This document shows positions 55,933 to 64,000 of a stretch of 64,000 nucleotides of DNA, piece after piece. Origin of the DNA: the human T2T-CHM13v2.0 reference genome, Homo sapiens; the NCBI RefSeq assembly GCF_009914755.1, contig NC_060933.1, one strand, 5' to 3'. A model generated the notes under the pieces. The model was not told the DNA's origin and did no database searches. It saw only the letters and a program-made list of their open reading frames with translations. Numbering within the stretch: the first letter of the stretch is position 1; each line of letters starts with the position of its first letter. Position numbers and translations under genes: made by a program.

Positions 55933-56638
55933 TTTGTGTGTATGTGCATGTGAACATAGAAAACAAACCATTGAATTTACTATGTCTTCTCTTAAATGAT
56001 AGCTAAAATAAATGCACATGCCATAAAAGAATACTATTTATAAATCATCAACACATATTTGAATATCTACTGAGCTAATCACTGCTGAGAATTTCAAAGT
56101 CTATGAAACGTGGTACCTAATACATCAGTCTGTTGTATGAGGGAGATAAAATGCGACAGGCAAGGTTTTCCCTGTTCAGGGTAGTTTTGTCTTTTATGTT
56201 GTTTTCAGCTTTCCTTTTCCTTTAAAACTATCTTCACTTTTTGAGTGGGAATGGGTCCAATGTTCTCCGACTGAAGTGCCACTAAATCTTGGATTCTAAT
56301 CTCAGCTCTGCATCTATTAATGCATTTTAACTGTCCTCAAAAGTTTTTTCTCAGGATCACGTAACATAATGCAAATGAAAATGCTGTGAAAATTTTGAAG
56401 TTCTGAATGTATGTACTTGTTTTCATTATAATAATATAGGTACTCTACAGTCTATTACTTCATAAACATATATTTAATCATCAATCTTATAAGAGATCTA
56501 CAGATCTTCTGCTCTGAAAATGAGGGTATTTGTATTTTTACACCCAAGAGTATTACTCTAAATCTTTAAAACTGCTTTGATCTAGACATTAAACAGTCAG
56601 TATATGGGATGTCTGCTATAGTTCTGGAGCAGGATCCC

Positions 56639-57019
56639 TGTATTAGTCTGTTCTCACACTGTCATAAAGAACTACCTGAGACTGGATAATTTATGAAGAA
56701 AAGAGGTTTAGTTGAAAGAAAGTTCTGCAGGCTTAACAGGAAGCATGACAGGGAGACCTCAGGCAACTTATCATTACGGTGGAAGGGGAAACAAGCACAT
56801 CTTACCATGGCAGAGTAGGAGAGAGAGCGTGAAGGGGGATTTGCCACACACTTTCAAACAAACAGATTTCATGAGAAGTCACTCACTATCATGAGAACAG
56901 CAAGGGGGAAGTCTACCCCCACTATTCAATCAGCTCTCCCACCAGGCCACTCCCTCGATACCTGGGAATTACAATTGGAGATGAGATTTGGGTGGGGAGA
57001 CAGAGCCAAACCTTATCAT
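56639..57019 (-). mobile_element. MSTA/THE1D-type LTR
   Basis: tgtattagtctgttctcacactg...gagccaaaccttatca, flanks atccc / ttccc. Confidence 0.9.
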
Positions 57020-60000
57020 TCCCCTTTAGCTACCAGATCATAGAGGGACAAGGAGTCCTACAGCAGATGCTAGGGTGGCTGTGTTTATAAAAGGGATGAA
57101 ATTAGCACGGTGCATTTACAAAAAATAACAACTGGCACACCATAATGCTGCAAACCAGCTGAATATCAGCCTTTCTAATAACGTCCTTCTAATTCTACTT
57201 TTCCAATCTAAAGTCCAGTTTGATCCTTTTCAGTATTATTCTGAATACTTCTAATGATTATCTCCTCATCTTCAAACAATTATCTAAAATTCTATTATTT
57301 AATTTTTGAGTTTTAACAAAAGCGATTGACCCTCTAGAAGTGGAACATGAGAACTATCAGATCACTTTCAGTACTCCAGCAATGACTTGCATTTTGCACA
57401 TTCAACTACACTCCTAAGTTATTTGTAATTATGTAATCAGATTAAAGCCAGGACTCAAGTTGTCAAGTGTATTTGTTCTTCTTTCACAGTTAAACAATGA
57501 TGATAACATGGCCTAGTCTTTAAAAAATAATGTAAACATTACAGAATTTTTTATTTGTATTTTTCAAACCCCACAAAACAAACGTAACTTCACAGGATAT
57601 AACAACAGTTCTGAGAATGTTCCTTTATCCATCATCAACTTCTATCACACTTCCACACCTACCGTAGCACCTATGTTTACCAAACTTCTTGGTACTTTTC
57701 TCTTTTGTTCACAGATCATTTTTCCATTATCCTTTGTTTTCCTCTTTTAAACCAAACTTCTCTCCAAGGCCAATCCATGTACCTATCTTTTTTCACTTCC
57801 TCATTAACTTATGCATCTCCAGTTTTTTTCTTATTTTATTTTGGATAGTGTTTGTTGCAAATTACCAGGAAATAGTTAGGCATGTTTCCAATTAAAAAAC
57901 AAGTGTAAGGGACTCATTTTTTTGTAGGCAGAGGAAAGAGAACATTTAAAAAAATGCATTCAGTGATGGTTGTTATCTAATCACAAATACATTATTTCTA
58001 AATTATGTGTGTATACGTGTATTTGGATTACATTAAATTTGGATAACCTTTTCTCAGTGATTGAATAAACAGTGCTTATTAACTTTTATGTATTTTAATA
58101 CTCAATTATTTTATAACAGTCAATTCTTTTTTTATTCAATAAACATTTACTTCATACCTTAACTGACTAAAGTTCATCTTCAGGAGCATTTTTCTAGAAG
58201 CATGCAGGCATGCACTAGTCCTCACAGATGTGCATGTTAGAAAATGTAATCTGTGTGATCTTGATAATAGAATGGCAACACTACTAGCTATCAAATTTCT
58301 GTGTCAGAATTTCATTTTCTCTCCTTTAAAAAAAGTGTTTGGTGACTTTCCAGTACTTGCTTATAGACATAGTTTTCTATGGAGAGAACAACAAAAAGTT
58401 AAAGTAATTTTTCTTTCTTATAAAAAAGTATTTTGGGGGGCTTTACCATATGAGTCTTCCAAAACTTCCCAAATTAGAAATTAGGTATTGGAATAGTTTT
58501 TGATGTTAGTCATTTTTCTACAAAGTTTCTTTAAAAGTTTTTCCTTTACATCCATAGATTCAGATTTATGATTCAAGGGAAAATAGTTTTCTTTCTTTTA
58601 TTTTAGTATATTCAGATTTTTTCTGTTCTCAGGGTATACCAATTATGCATGCATGAATCCTTCTTTATAATTATTTTGTATCTATTTTTAATCTTAAAAC
58701 CTATTTATTTATTATTTTTCATTTTATTTGGCTTTGCTTTCCTCAAGACTTATTTTAAGCTTTTTATTATGTTTCAGTATATTCTTTCTTCCATTTTGAC
58801 TCCTCTTATGCTTTGTTCATTTTTGTATTTTTGTATGTTAATTTTTTTCTGAGTTCTGTGACTTAATTTTTCTTTCTTCTTTTTGTACTAACCTCTCCTG
58901 TTTGATCCTTTACCCCTCTTTTTTGGACATGTTTCAAAAGTCTTTATATAAATGTTCTTTACTTAATGGTAAAATATCTCAAACGTGCAGCCATTCTCAG
59001 CATATTTTTCTTCATTTTTTCACGTTTATTACCTTAGAGTATGTTGTACATGGGGAAATTATTTTTAAATGAGAGCGTGTGGGGGGCCAATGTATGTTAA
59101 ATAATACTTGGGGGGCTAAGATGAAGGAGTTAAGCACTTAGACTTCAAGAAGATATTTCAAATATTTTCTTACAATCTATCTTGTATGTCAAGAATCCCT
59201 TATATGGCAATTTAGCCTATATTTTATTTCTTATGACCAAGAGCCAAGTACACAGGTTATGACTATATTTTTTTGTTGCCTTTTCATACTTGCAACATGT
59301 TTGTGCAATGATAGGGGATGAGTATGTCCTCAATTAGCGCTGACATTTTTACCGCTTCATGTTTTCAGTAAGGTATCAGGGATATTTCAGCAGCCCACTG
59401 TCACAGGCTGGTGTAGGTATTCCAAGTATGGTTAATTAATGTAAATCTGTAAAGAAGACTTCTCTTAAAGTAAGAGAAATTGTGTTTCGGATCTACAAAG
59501 GCATCTATATTTCTTTAATCAAGTTCAATGGTGATTGTATTTAACGACCCTTCTTTTCATACATTTTCAGCATCTGAAAGTTCTTTTATTTTTCCAAAGG
59601 TGTAATTTTGAATTTTGTCTTATTTTGTTTTTTCTTACGTGTTATCAGGGACAGTGAGGCAAGGATATATTTACTCAGTCTTTTCAAAAGGAATCCACAC
59701 TGAAGTGTTCTATAAATATGAATTAGCATCCTGAACAGAAAAGGTAAACTACAATTTAGTAGTAAATTTGATAAGTCTTAAACCCAGAGACATTTCTTCA
59801 GATTTAAAAAAAAATGACAGAGGATGTATATAATAATATAATCTTTGATAAATGTTTGGAATTTAGATGAGTAGAGAGAATGAGGTAGACTCTAGTCCTA
59901 GCAGTCAGTAGGTCGCCTGGAAGAAAGCTTAGCATAGTCTTGAAAGCTGTTCTCTGAGAAAACTGATATGGCTTTAATATGCAGATTGTCTAATAAATAC

Positions 60001-62529
60001 ACAGTCTGACGTGAGTTTGACCTTTTAATTTAATTTCTCATAAGTGAATTTAAACATAATACCTTACATGTTAATGGCATTTATTTTTGAGAGCTCATTC
60101 ATATGTTACATAAATACCTTCTCTGTGGAACAGATATTGAACTTGCATATTTTATTACAAACAATGATAAATAATCAATGTCTTTTAATGTATCAATGTA
60201 TTATTAATCAATTATTGTGGTCAATTAATAATCAATATATCATATTAATCATTGTAAAATAATTTGCTAAAGCTAAGGATCTCCAAATATGAACTGCACT
60301 GTACATTGGTAAGAGGTTTTCCACAAAGATTATCACAATGACAGGAAATTTCTGGAGGAGATTCAGGAATCAGGTAAGTGATACAACATCCAATCATGAG
60401 ATAATATGATCACATTTGCAGTCACCTTTAATCACTGGGAAATCAGAGGTTCATGGAAGTTAAGTAACTTGTTTAAAGTTGTCAAGATTGAGATCATGAG
60501 TCAACACTGGGGCTATGGCACAAATGAAAATGAAAGCCAGAGCATCATGAGATTATTAAATTGATTCCTGGATCAGTTTAGAAATAAAATTAAACTATGA
60601 ATTAAAAACATGGACACACTAACTGCACAGACACTTTAAAGTATTAACATGCGAAGCGCTTATCTTCGTTATGATGTTAATGATAGAACAAATACCTAGG
60701 AAAAGCAAGAATATGGTATGACATCAAAAGGGCTCCCAAAGACATAATTTGTTTTTGATAGATTTTGAATTTTTTAAATTCTTCCCAGGCTTTCGTTTTA
60801 TGCACTCAGAACTCTTGGCTGTAGTCAATTGCTACTGCAGGTTCAATTATCACCAGTTACATTTTCAACTATTTCTTTCACTGATCTCGCTGTCAAACAC
60901 ACCTGTTCTGACTATTCTTTGCCAGCAGGAATTAGCCACTCAAAAGTATTAAACTCCACTTCCATTTTAAAATACCATTTTGAACATGACTTTTAACCTA
61001 AGAGACACATTTGTCTTTTTTCTTAATTCCCTGCACCTCATCTCATGTCAAATAGTGACTTTCCTTTTAACACAGCCATATGTTTTCACTACATAATTTT
61101 TAGTGCAAGCCCATATCTCTTTACATTCTTTTACTCCTTTCTTGTAAATTCTGTCCCTCTTTGTTTCATTCATCCATTCTGGTGGCATTTCAGAGCTTTG
61201 TGTTTAAACTACAGGCTAGGAAATAAATTTTAAGCTTTGCAAATGATTTATTAGTCATTTAGTAGAATAATGCATACTATAGTGTAGAGAATTCAGGGAG
61301 GGCCATTCATGTACAACGAAGGACAAACAGGTGTAATTGCCCCCTCACACCTTGACCTTTTCTTCTTTAACCTTCTGAAAGTCATTTTGTAATAGTTCAC
61401 AAAACTTATTTTGCCTGAGGAAAAATGTTAAGTCACATAACTAGGTCATAACATTCAAATGATGCGGCTTTTTTTTCTGTGGGATTTATAGTATTGCACG
61501 CATTCATAATGGGTAATTTATTAGACATGAGGCAAGATTTTATGCTAATTGTACAACTTATTTCATAATCTTGAATAGGGGCATAGAAATTGATTGCTGA
61601 GAGTAGACGGCTGCCAATAATTTCTTCATGACTTCTCTAGAAGGCATCACTTATTTTCCATTTTCAAGCTGTCAACTTAGTTACATGTTTTCCCCTCATA
61701 TAGAGATTACTACAGAAGTCCCAAGTGTCATGTTGCCAGTTTATGTTGCTTCCAAAGTATCACACTCATTACTTCCACGTTGTCACCACCACAATGCCTT
61801 ACATTTTACAGTCCTTCACTGTTTGAAAAAAAAAAAATCATGATTGTGTTTTATTTGTTCCTCTGGTTGGGAGCCATTATGTCCTTTAAGTGTCCTTTTC
61901 TCACCCTCTGATTAGGAAGCAATGCCATCTTTTGAGCTCCTGTGGTCAGTAATTTTCACATGACCTCTGCTACATGCTGGGCTGAGTGATGCTTTAGTTG
62001 TATTTCAAGGTTTTAACACACTTCCAAATGATTACAAGAAAGAGTATATAAATAATGTAATAAGAGTGCTAATAGAGAGGGAAAGCATCATGAGCAACTC
62101 AATCATCAAAGGTTTCTTAACCCATTATAAATATTTGTCTACATTGATTACTATATATTTAAATAGGCAGCTCAGCAACACTTTTTATTAATTGACTTAT
62201 TGAAATGTAATTCAAATACCATACAATTCACTCTTTTAAAATGAACAATGTAGCAGCTTTTAGTATGTTCTCAGTCCTACCACCACAAGGAAGATGCTCT
62301 GAATGAAGAAGGAAATTGCTACTTCTCTAGAAGCTCCAGAATGTAATATTGCCTGTCAACCTCTTGAGTTAAGGCAGCGAGAACTACTGGGCTATAAGAC
62401 AACATATTTATGCTATTTTAAGATACTAGCCTGTGGTAATTAGTTACAACAAAGTGGAGATAGGGAAAGTAATACAGCTATTAACGTAACAGGGACAGAC
62501 TGTGTGTCCAATTGTCCAAGGGTAAGCAT

Positions 62530-63180
62530 ATCATAAAGTTAAAAGTAATTAAACAGATTCCTTTTAGATTGTGAAATTCAGATGCAAAAACTGGATAAGA
62601 GGAATTTGGCAATGGGTAAAACTGGAGAAAATATGTAGGTGTGCTTTTAGACTATGAAGTTTGCACTATACTCTGAGCAATGGGAATATGAAATAGGGTA
62701 GTGAAATAGTCAGTTATTCATCGTAGAAAGATTAGACTTATATGCTAGGATCCATGCAAATGGATTGGAGAAGAGCAAAGCAAAGGTAAGAGATACCAAC
62801 TGTAAAACCTTTGCAATAATTCCAGAGAGAGCATGTTACCCTTGATATAAGTAGTGGAAATGAGTTGAGAAGAAATGGAATAATAAGGGAGAAGGATTTA
62901 GTAAATATAATTAACAACTCGTGGTGCCTCAGTAGGGGTTATGAAGGATAACTTTTAACCTATAATGTCACCTATGTTTTTAGCTTGGCCAAATTAATAC
63001 ATGTTAATGGCAACATTATTGGCAGAAGTTGGAATCTCAGGAAAAGGACATGTTTGATACTGGACAATGGTGAAGATTCTAAGATTCTGTTTAGTTGTGC
63101 TGAATTTGATGTTTCTGTGAAAGCGAAAGAAGTTAAATGGAGGATATATTTGATGGAGAAAAAGGTGGAGGATGAGTTTT
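62530..63180 (+). mobile_element. L2 fragment
   Basis: gaagtttgcactatactctgagcaatgggaa...ttgcaataattccagagagag...ttctgtttagttgtgctgaatttgatg; strand tentative. Confidence 0.7.
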
Positions 63181-63765
63181 GATAAACCGCTTTGGGGATA
63201 TCTTCTAACAGCTGCTGATGCAAATGGTTCTCTAAGAGTGGCCCCTTCTAAGCTGGATCTGTCCCTGATTCTAGGTGTGTGGATTGGATTCTGAAAGGAC
63301 ATAGAAGGTCCTAAGCCAGCTATTTTCATAGGATATTCAGGTGCTTTGGCAGCCCCTAGGCTGCCCAAATGGCTTTTCCATTCCTGGGAAAAGACCTAAA
63401 AATCTGAACACTTCCTAGAGAACTTGGAGTCAGATAAAGGCTGCCATCAAAACCTACCTATTCTCTTGCCAGGTGTTTCCCAGCTCATCCCACATATTAT
63501 AAAAGGAGCAGGGATGAGGGTACACATAATATTCCTGATTCTATTTATTCTTAAATCTCAGGCATTTATTTAAGTTCTGTGAGACACCCTGTATCTTCAA
63601 ATTAAATTCCTCTTTTTGCTTATCTTCATTTGAACTGAGATTGCATTGCTTTTTTTTGCCAAAGGGGATTCAGGTTATATGACAATCATTTTTATTGACA
63701 CTGAATATAGTGCTAACACAGAGAAACATTGTATGTTTAAATGGACAACGAGATATACACTCTAG

Positions 63766-64000
<235 letters not shown>

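Noticed and set aside
58198-58240. Repeated GCATG as a p53 element or RBFOX cluster
   Set aside because: CATG spacing is 8 bp rather than 10 bp, and no supported exon lies nearby.

Overview
AT-rich, repeat-dense primate (human/ape-like) genomic DNA, either intergenic or deep intronic. I see no credible protein-coding gene: the ORF track is explained by Alu, L1, ERV, low-complexity or random ORFs. Contents include Alu J/S/Y copies, L1PA to L1M fragments, L2 and MIR relics, many MaLR LTRs, ERV1 LTR and internal pieces, DNA-transposon fossils (Tigger3, MER53, MER63) and a U13 snoRNA retrocopy (254-356, minus). An internally deleted HERV-S/HERVL18-type provirus with both LTRs, PBS-Ser, PPT and TSD (19765-23234) is nested inside two MaLR LTRs. 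The signals that repeat annotation does not explain are rearrangement scars. (1) An approximately 2 kb inversion splits an old L1 and left an inverted duplication of about 390 bp (47982-48692 versus 49940-50325). (2) A perfect 52-bp copy at 11092-11143 of an LTR end lying 21 kb away (32325-32376) sits among micro-palindromes at a junction. (3) A twin-primed L1 lacks about 3 kb between its arms. There is also a speculative LTR-driven spliced plus-strand transcript. I found no convincing new biological system. Repeat subfamily names come from recalled consensus sequences, and boundaries of old repeats are approximate.
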